Shown here: piece by piece, positions 17,573 through 28,093 of the stretch
Position numbering within the stretch: position 1 is the stretch's first letter
Layout: each line of letters begins with the position of its first letter
Source: Terriglobia bacterium
GTDB lineage: Bacteria > Acidobacteriota > Terriglobia > 2-12-FULL-54-10
Assembly: GCA_963666975.2 (NCBI GenBank)
Contig: CAXVYR010000003.1
Coordinates: forward strand, 928,001 to 992,000
Length of the DNA: 64,000 nucleotides
Direction: 5' to 3'
Made by a program: the position numbers and the translations under genes
The notes under the pieces: model-generated
The model's input: only the letters and a program-made list of their open reading frames with translations
Databases searched by the model: none
What the model was told of the DNA's origin: nothing

Positions 17573-18876
17573 TGTTGATTAGAAATATACTTTTTCTCAT
17601 CCTGCTGTTTGCGAGCACCGCCCTTGCCGATCTCGGCGCAAAAGTCGGGTCCTTCGCTATATCAACGGGCGCGGCGACAACCACGCAGACCATTTCCGGC
17701 GTCGGATTTCAACCTAAACTCATCATCTTTTGGTGGTCTGGCCGGGTCACTGCTGTTGACGCTGTGGGCCGGGCGACTCATGTTCTTGGACGAGGGGCTA
17801 CTGACGGGACGAATCGATGGGCGAATGCCGGCAGGTCAGCAGATGCCCTTGGAACTTCTGAAACCTCCAGAAGGACTACAAATCTCGCCCTTATTATGGA
17901 CATCGATTCTTCCGGCAACGAAGCCGCAGCAGCCGATATCGACGCGATGCTTACCGATGGATTTCGTATCATCATCGACAACCAATTCGCGTCGGCTTTC
18001 AGGATTCACTATCTCGCCCTGGGTGGAAGCGACATCACGGGAGCGTTTGTCGGAACCTATGATGTGACGGCCGGGACCGGAAACTTCTCCGTGACGGGAG
18101 TAGGCTTTCAGCCAGAGTTTGTGTTCTTTAGCTCGCCTATGGCATCGGATACCGCAGAGGTTGCCGGTACGGATGGTCAAACCGGGGACAATATGGGGGC
18201 CGCTGTATCTTCGACCGCGCGGGCAACCTTGGCCGGATCCAGCTTTGACGCTCTGGGGACTTCAGACACCGCCTCGTATATTTATTCGGGCGAGGCGCTC
18301 TCCGGGATGAGCAGCACATCCTCCATGTCCCGCCGCTACGATTTCGTTTCGATGGACGCAGACGGCTTTACGATTAACAGGGTAGAAAACAATCCCGTTG
18401 TCCAATTCTATGCGGCCTTGGCCGGGCCGAGCTTTACCGTTGGAACGCTCACCACGCAGACGGACACGACGACCGACATCGCAGAGAGCGGCCTCGGCTT
18501 CCAGCCTTCCGCCATCATGTTCTTTTCGGCGGGCAGGGCGGAATCTACGGCGGACACTCCGACCGCCGACGAAATGATAACTATTGGAGCGGGGACGGGC
18601 ACAACGGAGCGCGGGGTCCAGGCAATACGAGATGAGGATAACGTAGCCACCACGGAAGTCACAACGGCAATCGAATTTGATGCGGTGTACGCCAATTTAT
18701 CGTCTGGGGCCATCGCGGGCTTGATGGACATCAAATCCATAGACTCGGACGGATTCACGGCAATCATGGATGACGCCGATCCGAGCGGGATGCTCGTCTG
18801 GTATTGGGCCATTGGAAATCCTCCGGCCATAGGCTTAACCCCGGCGGGGATCATCAACAACCCGCTGGGGTTCTAG
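17572..18876 (+). CDS. secreted protein with three GVGFQP repeats (fibre tip/adhesin-like)
   Basis: MLIRNILFLILLFASTALA|D signal; three repeats of (G.F/Y)...T.....SG(V/L)GFQP...(F)..., each ending D(A/S)DGF. Confidence 0.7.
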   Translation: MLIRNILFLILLFASTALADLGAKVGSFAISTGAATTTQTISGVGFQPKLIIFWWSGRVTAVDAVGRATHVLGRGATDGTNRWANAGRSADALGTSETSRRTTNLALIMDIDSSGNEAAAADIDAMLTDGFRIIIDNQFASAFRIHYLALGGSDITGAFVGTYDVTAGTGNFSVTGVGFQPEFVFFSSPMASDTAEVAGTDGQTGDNMGAAVSSTARATLAGSSFDALGTSDTASYIYSGEALSGMSSTSSMSRRYDFVSMDADGFTINRVENNPVVQFYAALAGPSFTVGTLTTQTDTTTDIAESGLGFQPSAIMFFSAGRAESTADTPTADEMITIGAGTGTTERGVQAIRDEDNVATTEVTTAIEFDAVYANLSSGAIAGLMDIKSIDSDGFTAIMDDADPSGMLVWYWAIGNPPAIGLTPAGIINNPLGF

Positions 18877-19231
18877 CAAGGAGTGCCGAGTTGAGCAGCA
18901 ATAGAAACAATGGAACCTTCACTGGAGTGTATCAGCCGGTTCACGTCGAATTGCCATTGCCGGAGATCATGCCCCATGCTGGCCTTCTGTTCACCGGCAT
19001 ATCAATTTTTTAATGATGATACGGCGCAATCGATTGCCGGCGGAAATGTTCCCGACTGCTTGCCTGTTGGGAGTTCCGGCGAGATGCCTGCCCGCCGAGG
19101 CCGGCAGGACGGATCATCGGCCCCGTGCGCTGTAATCTGCAAAAAGAGGGTGGTCCGGCTGGACGGCCTGCCGCAATCAACGATTCACAAGCTGTCGATC
19201 GGCAAGCCGTCCCCGGAATCAATGGTGGGTC

Positions 19232-20722
19232 TTACTTTTTCTTGCCGGGCCTCTCGACCACGAATCCCCATTTCTCTTCTGACCGCCGCCGCCACTCCGG
19301 TGAGGGCATGTTGACGACGGGAAATTCGTTGCGCCACTCCCAGGGACGGGTGGCGTCGATGATGGCGCGGGAGTTCATCAGCTTGCCGGCCTTCTTGTCA
19401 GCCGGGCTGATGCGCGGATCGAGCAAAGTGCTCCAGGCCCGCTTGATGATGTCAATCGAGCTTTCCGGATCAGACCGTGTGGACACGGCCCACATCAGTT
19501 CTTCCAGATTGGTCACGTCAATGTCATCGTCCACCACGATCACATACCGGCCTGCGTAAGCTCCCACGTGGCACATGGCGGCAACGTGTCCCGCCTGGCG
19601 CGCGTGGCCTGGATACTTCTGCTCGATCGAAACCGCCACCAGCATCCGCGCGCCTCCCGCTTCGTGGCACCAGACTCCCGTGATGCCGGGAACGCTGGCT
19701 TTCTCCATTTCCTGATGCAGCAGCGCGGACCGCTGAATGGCGCGGAACCGTTGCTGCTCATCCGGAGGCCGCTGTGGCGGGAAGCCCGTCACGATCGGAT
19801 CGTTCCGGTAATACACCGCTTTGATGTCCATCACGGGCTCTTTCCGTTCGCCGCTGGCGTAGTATCCGGTCCACTCGCCGAAGGGCCCCTCGTCCCGCTT
19901 GTTGTCCTCTGCCACGTAGCCTTCAAATACGATCTCGGCATCTGCCGGGATGGGCAAACCGGTTACTCTGCCCTTGATCACAGGGTATGCCTCCCCGCGC
20001 AAGCCGCCCACCCAATCGTACTCGCTGACGCCAAACGGCAACTCCGTGCAGGCAGCCACCAGCAGCAGCGGATCTCCCCCTACCACAATGAGGGCGGGTA
20101 GAGCTGCGCCTCTTTTCCACCATTTTTCCCGATGGATGCGGCCGTGCTTGCCGGGAGAGATGTAGAAGCCGACGGTCTTTTTGTCCATCGACATCACCCG
20201 GTAGGTTCCCAAATTGATCGAACCGGTGTCCGGATCGCTCGTAATGTCGTAACTGCCGGTGCCGATGTAGGCCCCCCCGTCTTTTTCGTGCCATCTGGGG
20301 GAGGGGAAGATATCCACATTCACATCGTCGCCCTTCTGCACGTTCTCGAGCACCGGACCGTCGTCCACGTACTCGGTCGCGATCGGGTGGCTATTTTCAA
20401 TCATCTCCAGAATCCGGCGGCTGAGGTCCTTCTTGTTCAGGTCGGTGGGAAGGCCATAAGTCAATGCCATGCGCGCCGGAGTTCCGTAGGAATTTGCCAG
20501 GACGCGGAAGCCCTTCTTGTGGCCGGGGATCGAATCGAATATCACAGCGGGCGCATCGTCATGGTGCTGAAGTAACTCGGTAGCCATCCCGATGTCGGTT
20601 TTGCAATCAGCGCCCTCGACAATACGGAGGTCACCCATTTCAGCCAACTTGTCCATCCATCCGCGCAGTCCGTCGTAAGGGAGCATTCCCCCTTTCACTG
20701 GGACAGTTTTCAGTGTGGCCAT
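19232..20722 (-). CDS. UbiD-family prFMN-dependent decarboxylase
   Basis: DGGAYIGT, NLGTYR, EGPFGEWTGYY, YVIVVDDDID, WAVSTRSDP, IIDATRP; SD GAAGGAG before ATG 20722. Confidence 0.92.
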   Translation of the reverse strand: MATLKTVPVKGGMLPYDGLRGWMDKLAEMGDLRIVEGADCKTDIGMATELLQHHDDAPAVIFDSIPGHKKGFRVLANSYGTPARMALTYGLPTDLNKKDLSRRILEMIENSHPIATEYVDDGPVLENVQKGDDVNVDIFPSPRWHEKDGGAYIGTGSYDITSDPDTGSINLGTYRVMSMDKKTVGFYISPGKHGRIHREKWWKRGAALPALIVVGGDPLLLVAACTELPFGVSEYDWVGGLRGEAYPVIKGRVTGLPIPADAEIVFEGYVAEDNKRDEGPFGEWTGYYASGERKEPVMDIKAVYYRNDPIVTGFPPQRPPDEQQRFRAIQRSALLHQEMEKASVPGITGVWCHEAGGARMLVAVSIEQKYPGHARQAGHVAAMCHVGAYAGRYVIVVDDDIDVTNLEELMWAVSTRSDPESSIDIIKRAWSTLLDPRISPADKKAGKLMNSRAIIDATRPWEWRNEFPVVNMPSPEWRRRSEEKWGFVVERPGKKK

Positions 20723-20958
20723 TGGTGTATCTCCTTCGGATATAAAGTAGCGGATATCGTGACTAATATCCCACGGGAAACCTTTGACGGTCAAGAGGGC
20801 CCTGGCCTCGTGAATGCGCCCCTGCAAAGAACACGCGGATAGGTTATTGCTCTTTGCACTTGCTTGGTGTAAAAAGAGTTCAGCTTGTTCGGGCACGCAA
20901 CAGCGGCATATCCACGGACCTGGCGGATCCAAAACAGCTTGGGGAAAGAGAGGAACCG

Positions 20959-22335
20959 ATGAAGAAGTGGCACTACACACTCGTGCTGGCGGCTGTTTTT
21001 TTGCTTGCCTCGTGCCAGTCTGCGCAGCAAACCAACACGGCCCCAGAGATCACGGTCATCGAAGGAGCAACCGTAATCGACGGCGTTTCTGACACGCCAA
21101 TCGAAGATGCGGTGATCGTGATTGCAGGGGATACGATCCAAAGTATTGGAAAGCGCGGCAGCGTGGAACCTCCAGCCGGCGCGCGGACAATCAACGCAGC
21201 CGGAAAAACCATCCTGCCCGGCATGTTCCACCTCCACGGGCATGTGGCGATGAGCGAAGGCTTCGATCGGCGTATGGAAAACTACACGCGGGAGCGCGTC
21301 CAGCGTGACGCCAATTCCTACCTCTATTATGGAATCACGCACTCGATCTCGCTCGGACTCGATCAGGAACCGATGCTGGGTTTTCTAGCCGATCAACGCG
21401 CGGGACGGACGGGTGGAGCGCGCCTCTACTCGGCCGGGCTCGGCTTCGCCGCAAAAGATGGTTGGCAGCCGGCGGGCGTCGAGGAGATCAACCGGCCGAC
21501 GACACCGGAGGAGGCGCGGGCTATGGTGCGGAAAGAATTAGAGAAGCGTCCCGACGTCCTGAAGATATGGGTGGATGACCGGCTCGGCGAGCTTCCCAAA
21601 ATCACGCCGGAGCTGTATGGCGCGATCATCGAAGAAGCACACAGAAACAACGTAAAAGTGCTTGCGCACATGTTCTACCTGGAAGACGCCAAGGAGCTGA
21701 TGCGCCGCGGATTGGACGCTCTGGCTCACAGCGTTCGGGACAAGGAAGTGGATGAGGAATTTCTGGCGCTGGCCAAAGAACACGGTGTCACGCAGGTGGC
21801 GACACTGGTGGGCCATTACGGCAACCTGACCTTCCCACAAGACACGTCGTACCTCGACGATCCCGGAGTGCCGCTGATGGTCCCGGCCGACGTGCTCGAA
21901 ACATTGCGCAGCGAGGTGTATCAAAACGAACAGGCAGCCAGCCCGACCATAGAACAGAGGCGGCGTCAATACGAAACCGCGCTCAAAAACACGGCGGCGA
22001 TTGCGGCAGCCGGCATCCCGATCGCGGTCGGGACCGACTCCAGCGGGGCCAGCCGGATCCAGGGACTGTGGGAGCATCGCGAGATGGAGCATCTGGTGAA
22101 GGCGGGCCTGACACCGATGCAAGCCATTCAGGCAGCTACGATGAATGGCGCGAAGCTGCTCGGTGTCGAGGACAAATATGGGTCGCTGGAACCGGGCAAG
22201 GTGGCTGACCTGGTCGTGCTGAACGCAAACCCTCTTTCCGATATTACTAATTCGCTGCAAATCGACGCAGTCTGGATGAGTGGAAAACAGGTTAACCGCG
22301 CCGCACTAGGGCACTACGGCTCCGGCACGTATTAA
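20959..22335 (+). CDS. lipoprotein amidohydrolase (metal-dependent hydrolase superfamily)
   Basis: lipobox LASC; ILPGMFHLHGH, GTDS, GLTPMQAIQAAT, GSLEPGKVADLVVL. Confidence 0.88.
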   Translation: MKKWHYTLVLAAVFLLASCQSAQQTNTAPEITVIEGATVIDGVSDTPIEDAVIVIAGDTIQSIGKRGSVEPPAGARTINAAGKTILPGMFHLHGHVAMSEGFDRRMENYTRERVQRDANSYLYYGITHSISLGLDQEPMLGFLADQRAGRTGGARLYSAGLGFAAKDGWQPAGVEEINRPTTPEEARAMVRKELEKRPDVLKIWVDDRLGELPKITPELYGAIIEEAHRNNVKVLAHMFYLEDAKELMRRGLDALAHSVRDKEVDEEFLALAKEHGVTQVATLVGHYGNLTFPQDTSYLDDPGVPLMVPADVLETLRSEVYQNEQAASPTIEQRRRQYETALKNTAAIAAAGIPIAVGTDSSGASRIQGLWEHREMEHLVKAGLTPMQAIQAATMNGAKLLGVEDKYGSLEPGKVADLVVLNANPLSDITNSLQIDAVWMSGKQVNRAALGHYGSGTY

Positions 22336-22350
22336 CCGCGTTCGATAGTA

Positions 22351-22381
22351 TTGACAGACGACGCCCGCCGGAAGGTATAAT
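22351..22381 (+). promoter_or_regulatory. sigma70-like promoter with 19-bp spacer
   Basis: perfect TTGACA (22351-22356) and TATAAT (22376-22381). Confidence 0.55.
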
Positions 22382-22701
22382 TTATCTCTACGCTGTTCAG
22401 GCGCTGGGAATAGTATGTAGGAATTTTTCTAGCGGGCAAGTTGGGAGGATAGAAGGCCGGCTTCCACATCGTGTATGCGCAACCGGAGGTGCCGGTGTAA
22501 AGCTGTGCCATTTACGTTGGCCTAAATCCAAAATATCCTGCTCTCGGCCCGCCTGGCAGCAAAGAAATCCCCACGCCCCCTTACAAGCCACGGCATCAGA
22601 AGAGCGCGCCGAAACCGGCGGCTCGCCGAAACGGCTCGTCATAGCATCTTGAGTCATCGAAGGTATAGAAATTAACCCATTGGTGTTTTCCGGAAGGTTC
22701 G

Positions 22702-25700
22702 ATGCAACCCGAGCAAAAAATGCCGCTCACCAGTAACGATTCGGTGAAGGCTTTTCTTTCTCTTCCCTGGCCTCTGCTCATCACCACGCTCGCCGAGGGG
22801 CGCTTTGTGGAAGTGAACGAAAGTTTCCTGAAGATGACCAGGTTGCAGCGGACGGAGGTCATCGGACGGACGACTTTGGAGTTGAATCTTTGGCCGGAGA
22901 AAAGCGCCCGCGAGAAATTTGCCAAAAGATTACAAGACCAGGGCAGAATCACCGGCCTGGAAATGACGTTTCGCATGCCCTCCGGCGAGCTGCGCAGCGA
23001 ACTGACCTCTGCAGAGATCAGGGAACTCTCCGGCGAGCCTTGCGTCATCATGCAATGGCACGACATCGCCGGCCGCAAGCGGACCGAGGGAAACTTTCCG
23101 AACTGGCATCCATCGCGGAGTTCTCCGATGACGCCATCATTGGCGGGACGCCGCAGGGCGTCATCACCAGTTGGAACCGGGGAGCGGAGAAGATTTACGG
23201 CTATTCCGCCGGGGAAGTCCAAGGCCGTCATGTATCGCTGCTGACTCCGCTGGACCGTTCGGAGGAGTGTTCGCGAATTCTTGAGAAAATCCAGAAGGGA
23301 GAAACCACCCGGCATTTTGAAACCCTGCGCCTGCGGAAGGATGGCGGGCAAATTGACGTCTCCCTGACCGCATCTCCGGTAAAAAATGCCGCGGGTGAAA
23401 TTACGGGCTTCGTAGCCATCGCGCGCGACATCACCGGCCTCAAGCGGACTGCGGATAATCTTGTCCAGATGGCTGCGATTGTGGAGTCTGCCGATGACGC
23501 CATCGTCAGCACCACAGCGGACGGCCTCATCCTCAGTTGGAACCAGGCCGCAGAGAAATTGTTCGGATACTCCGCTGAAGAGGTGCAGGGCCGTCCGGTG
23601 TCGATTTTCTACCCGGTCGATAGTTCCCAGGAGTTGTCGCAAATCATCACACGACTCAACCAAGGGGAGCGCATCGCTCATTTTGAAACGGTGCGTGTCC
23701 GGAAAGACGGTTCGCTCCTCAACGTCTCTTTAACCTTGTCTCCGACGAAAAATGAAACGGGCAACGTTACGGGCGTCTCCTCCATTGCGCGCGATATCTC
23801 CGACCGCAAGCGAGCCGCGGAGGAACTGGCACAGCAGAAAGAAATGCTGCAAACGATTTTCGATCAAATTCCAGTGATCGTGATGTTTTTTGGCCCGGAT
23901 GGCAAAATGTAAACCGGGGTTTGGAGCGCACGCTAGGCTGGTCCCAGGAGAATTGGGGAAAGCAGGACGCTCAATCTTCTCCCCAAATCTTCTTTTTCCC
24001 GACCCAGTCGAATGCCAGCAATTCCGAGAATACATGCGGACGAAACCGCCCGGCTGGCGGGATTTCAAAACGCAGACCCGGAACGGGAAGGTGCTGGACA
24101 TCGCTTGGGCGACCGTGCCGCTTTCCAACGGAAGGAGCCTCGGCATCGGCCAGGATGTCACCGAGCGCAAGCGGGTCGCGGAGAAACTGGCGCAAAGCGA
24201 AAATACGGCCCGCGACATCCTGGAAAACTCCGGCGACCTGATTCAGAGCGTCAATGCCGAAGGCCGGTTTGAGTACGTCAACCACACTTGGCTGGAGATC
24301 CTGGGATACACAGCGCAAGAAATGCGCCAAATGACATTTCTGGACATCCTCCGCCCGGACCAAGTGGAACATTGCAAAAAGATTTTTGCCGCCCTGCATC
24401 GAGGAGAAGCATTCCCGCACATTGAAACGGTGTTTCGGAGCAAGGATGGGCGGGATATTTTCGTGGAAGGCTCTACGTCCTCTAATTATCGCGACGGGCG
24501 GTTTATTTCCTCCAGAGGCTTTTTCCGGGATGTGACCGAGCGCAAGCGGGCTGGGGAAGCGCTCCGGGAGAACGAAGAGCGGACCCGGCTGATTGTGGAA
24601 AGAGCGTACGACGCCTTCATCGCCATCAACGCCGACGGCCGGATCACGGATTGGAACCCCCAAGCCGAGCTTACCTTTGGCTGGTCCCGCGCGGAAGCCT
24701 TGCAGCAGCCCCTCGCCAGCCTCATCATCCCGGAGCGCTACCGGAAAGCCCACAAGAAGGGGATAAAACATTTCCTGGCCACCGGGGAAGGGCCGGTGCT
24801 GAACAAGCGAATCGAGATGTCGGCGCTGCACCGCGATGGACACGAGTTCCCGGCGGAACTTTCGATCTCCGCTATCCGGCGCGGAGAGACATATATCTTT
24901 ACTGCATTCGTCCACGACATCACCGAGCGCAAACGGGCGGAAGCGGCGGTTCAAAAATTCAGCCAGGAGCTCGAACAGCGCGTCCAGGACCGCACCGCAC
25001 AGTTGCAGCAGAGCGAGGGAAAGTTTCGGGGCCTGCTCGAATCCGCCCCGGATGCTATCGTAGGGAGCACCGCCAAGGGACAAATCATTCTCGTCAATGC
25101 TCAGACGGAAAAGCTGTTCGGTTATACCCGCGAGGAATTGCTCGGCAAGCCCGTTGAAATGCTGCTGCCCGACCGTTTACAGAAAAAACATGTCAAGCAT
25201 CGCAAGAGCTACAATTCCAATCCACCCACACGGATTATGGGAGGCGGCCTGGAACTGATCGGACGCCGCAAGGATGGCAGCGAGGTCCCGGTCGAGGTCA
25301 CCTTAAGCCCCTTGCAAACGAACGAGGGCGTCGGCGTCACGCGCATCATCCGCGATGTCACCAACCGCAAGCGCACTCAGAAAGCGCTGCAAGAAAGCGA
25401 AGACCGCTTCCGCGCCCAATATAAAGGGTTTCCGGTCTCCACACTCACCTGGCAGAGAGTCGGGGAAGATTTTCTGTTGATCGACCACAACGATGTTGCC
25501 CTCGATATCTCGCGGGGCCGGATTCGGAATTTTATCGGGAAGACCGCCAGTGATTTCTACAACGACAGGCTGGACTTGCTGGATAGTATGCGGCGATGCT
25601 TCAGGAAAAAAGGGTCCGTTAAGCGGGAGACCCCCTTTCGGCTGCGGACTACAGCGGAAGATAAGCATATCGCTTTTACCTATACTTTTATTCCGCCCGA

Positions 25701-27198
25701 CTTGGTGATGACTCATGCGGAGGACATCACCGAGCGGGAGCGAATGGCAGAGGCCCTGCGGCAGAGGGAGGAACAACTCCGCCATGCGCAGAAGATGGAG
25801 GCCATCGGGCAGTTGGCGGGCGGGGTGGCGCACGACTTCAACAACCTGCTCACGGGCATCATCGGATACAGCGATCTCCTCATGAAAAAGCTGGGCCCCG
25901 ACCATCCCTTCCTGAAACAGGCAGGGCAAATCAAAAAGGCGGGAGACCAGGCGGCTGTCCTCACCGGCCAGTTGCTGGCCTTCAGCCGGAAACAGGTTCT
26001 GCAACCCCAGGTGGTCGATCTGAATCATATCGTCACCGAGATGGACGAGATGCTGCGCCGCCTGCTCGGCGAAGACATCACTCTGGTGACCGCGCTCAGC
26101 CCGGCGCTGGGAAAAACGAAGGCGGACCCCAGCCAGATCGAGCAGGTTATTCTGAATTTGGTGAGCAACGCCCGCGATGCCATGCCCGAAGGAGGCACGC
26201 TCACGATCGCCACGAAAAACATCGAGCGAAAACAAACCAACGGACACCCCGGCCCGAAAACCAAGGCCAGACGGCACGTGATGCTCACCGTAAGCGACAC
26301 CGGCCGCGGAATGGACGGAGAAACTCTGGAACACATCTTTGAACCTTTCTTTACTACGAAGGAGAAGGGAAAAGGAACGGGGCTGGGGCTGGCCAGCGTC
26401 TACGGGGTCGTCCAGCAAAGCGGCGGCCACATCCAGGTATCGAGCACGCCCGGCCAGGGCACGAAGTTCCAGATTTACCTGTCGCAGGTTGATATAGCCG
26501 CTTCCACGCCTAAGCCGGACGCTGTCCAGCCTGTGCCATCCGGCGGCCGGGAAACCATCTTGCTGGTGGAAGACTCCGATCAGGTTCGGGAACTGGTCTG
26601 TCAATGCCTCCAAGACGAGGGCTACACGGTGCTGGCAGCGAGCATAAGCGCTGAGGCTGTCCAGATCACCAAGGAGGGGAAGCAGAAGATCGACATGCTT
26701 CTGACCGATGTAATCATGCCGGGCATGAGCGGACCCGACCTTGCCCAACTCCTTACGAAAAATCGCAAAGACCTCAAGGTGCTCTTTCTCTCCGGCTTTT
26801 CGGACCACCCCTTGGTCCAGCAAGGCATTTCCAAGCCGAACATTTCCTTCCTGGCAAAACCCTTCACTCTGGAGGCGCTGCTGCACAAAGTGCGCGAGGT
26901 TTTCGACGCCTCAAAAAGCAGGCCCGCGCAGAAAACCTCCCCGGCAAAAACCAAGTCCACACGGTTGCCAAAACCCGCAAAGGCTGCCAAGCCACCAAAA
27001 CTTTCCAAGGCTAACCGGACGACCAAACCCGCAAAGAAAAAGCCAGACCGCCCGAATTCAAAATCCCGAACTACCCTCAGGGAACATGGCCCGGATTCCC
27101 AGCACGCTGATGCTTTTCCTCACAACAGCCTGCATTCCGCTGCTTGCCGCCTGCAACCGCTCGCAGACCGCCGAACTGCCCGCCCATCCCTTCACTGA
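22702..27198 (+). pseudogene. multi-PAS (about 8) hybrid sensor histidine kinase with REC domain, broken by about three frameshifts
   Basis: PAS/PAC repeats continue across ORFs 22702, 22890, 23921 and 23890; HDFNNLL, EPFFTTK..GKGTGLGL, LLTDVIMPG; frame switches near 23089, 23909 and 23950; the 3' part from about 24.0 kb is an intact frame. Confidence 0.8.
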
Positions 27199-27249
27199 AT
27201 GAACCGGCGAAAGCACTACAGATTCCCGGGGATCGGTACGATAGTTCTA

Positions 27250-27970
27250 GGGGCTGTCCTAGCTAAGCAGATTGCTTAGGGATAGGATGGCGATATGTAC
27301 GAACGGCGTAGTCGGCTGAGCAAGGCGAAGCGGGATCGGTTGGTGGAGCACTTCGTTGCCGGGACGACGGCACGGGCGGCGGCTGAGCTTGTCGGGGTTC
27401 ATCGGAACACGGCCGCTTCGTTCTATACACGGATTCGCACGGTGATTGCCGAGGAGACCCAGAAAGCCTCTTCGGTTTGCGGCGAAATCGAAGTGGACGA
27501 GAGTTACTTCGGTGGTCGCCGCAAGGGCAAACGCGGTCGTGGTGCTGGCGGGAAAGTCCCGGTTTTCGGGCTTTTGAAGCGTGGAGGAAGGGTCTACACG
27601 GTGATGATCCCCAATGCCCGTACGGACACGTTGATGCCGATCATGGAGCGCCTGATCCAGCCCGACAGCATCGTCTACACGGATGGCTTTTCGAGCTACG
27701 ATGCTCTGGATGTGTCGGACTTCCACCATGTTCGGATCAACCACTCGGAACGGTTCGTCGACGAACGGAACCACATCAATGGGATCGAGAACTTCTGGAA
27801 CCAGGCAAAGCGGCATCTTCGGCGCTTCAACGGGGTGCCCAAACAGAGTTTTCACCTCTTCCTGAAGGAGTGCGAATGGCGCTTCAATGGCGGTAACCAC
27901 CGGACACTGCTTAACCAATTGAAGACATGGATCAAATCGAGACAGAATCACCCTTAGCTAGGACAGCCCC
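27250..27970 (+). mobile_element. IS1595-family (IS1016-group) insertion sequence, 721 bp
   Basis: 18-bp perfect terminal IRs GGGGCTGTCCTAGCTAAG; 8-bp target duplication TAGTTCTA at 27242-27249 and 27971-27978. Confidence 0.95.
27295..27957 (+). CDS. IS1595/IS1016-type DDE transposase
   Basis: GEIEVDESYFGG..KGKRGRG, IVYTD, NHINGIENFW..AKR, LKECEWRFN. Confidence 0.95.
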   Translation: MYERRSRLSKAKRDRLVEHFVAGTTARAAAELVGVHRNTAASFYTRIRTVIAEETQKASSVCGEIEVDESYFGGRRKGKRGRGAGGKVPVFGLLKRGGRVYTVMIPNARTDTLMPIMERLIQPDSIVYTDGFSSYDALDVSDFHHVRINHSERFVDERNHINGIENFWNQAKRHLRRFNGVPKQSFHLFLKECEWRFNGGNHRTLLNQLKTWIKSRQNHP

Positions 27971-27978
27971 TAGTTCTA

Positions 27979-28006
27979 TTGACGGCAAAGCGATTTGCGG
28001 TAATCT
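27979..28006 (+). promoter_or_regulatory. possible sigma70 promoter next to the IS right end
   Basis: TTGACG-16 bp-TAATCT upstream of the 28094 gene. Confidence 0.35.
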
Positions 28007-28093
28007 TATATTGAATGCTGTATCTGGCACTTCTGCTTGGAACAATCCACCGGGAAACCGGATAATAATGATGATGAAGTGGAGGAGGGGCGT

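Noticed and set aside
18804-19013. Possible LamG-like remnant (ELSSNRNNGTFTG) after the last operon gene
   Set aside because: Similarity is too short to support; no start signal.
12837-19230. Diversity-generating retroelement or invertase-based fibre switching
   Set aside because: No reverse transcriptase, recombinase or TR/VR pair differing at adenines was seen.
18877-19231. att site or tRNA at the right boundary of the operon
   Set aside because: No cloverleaf or integrase seen; an att pair cannot be tested without the left end.
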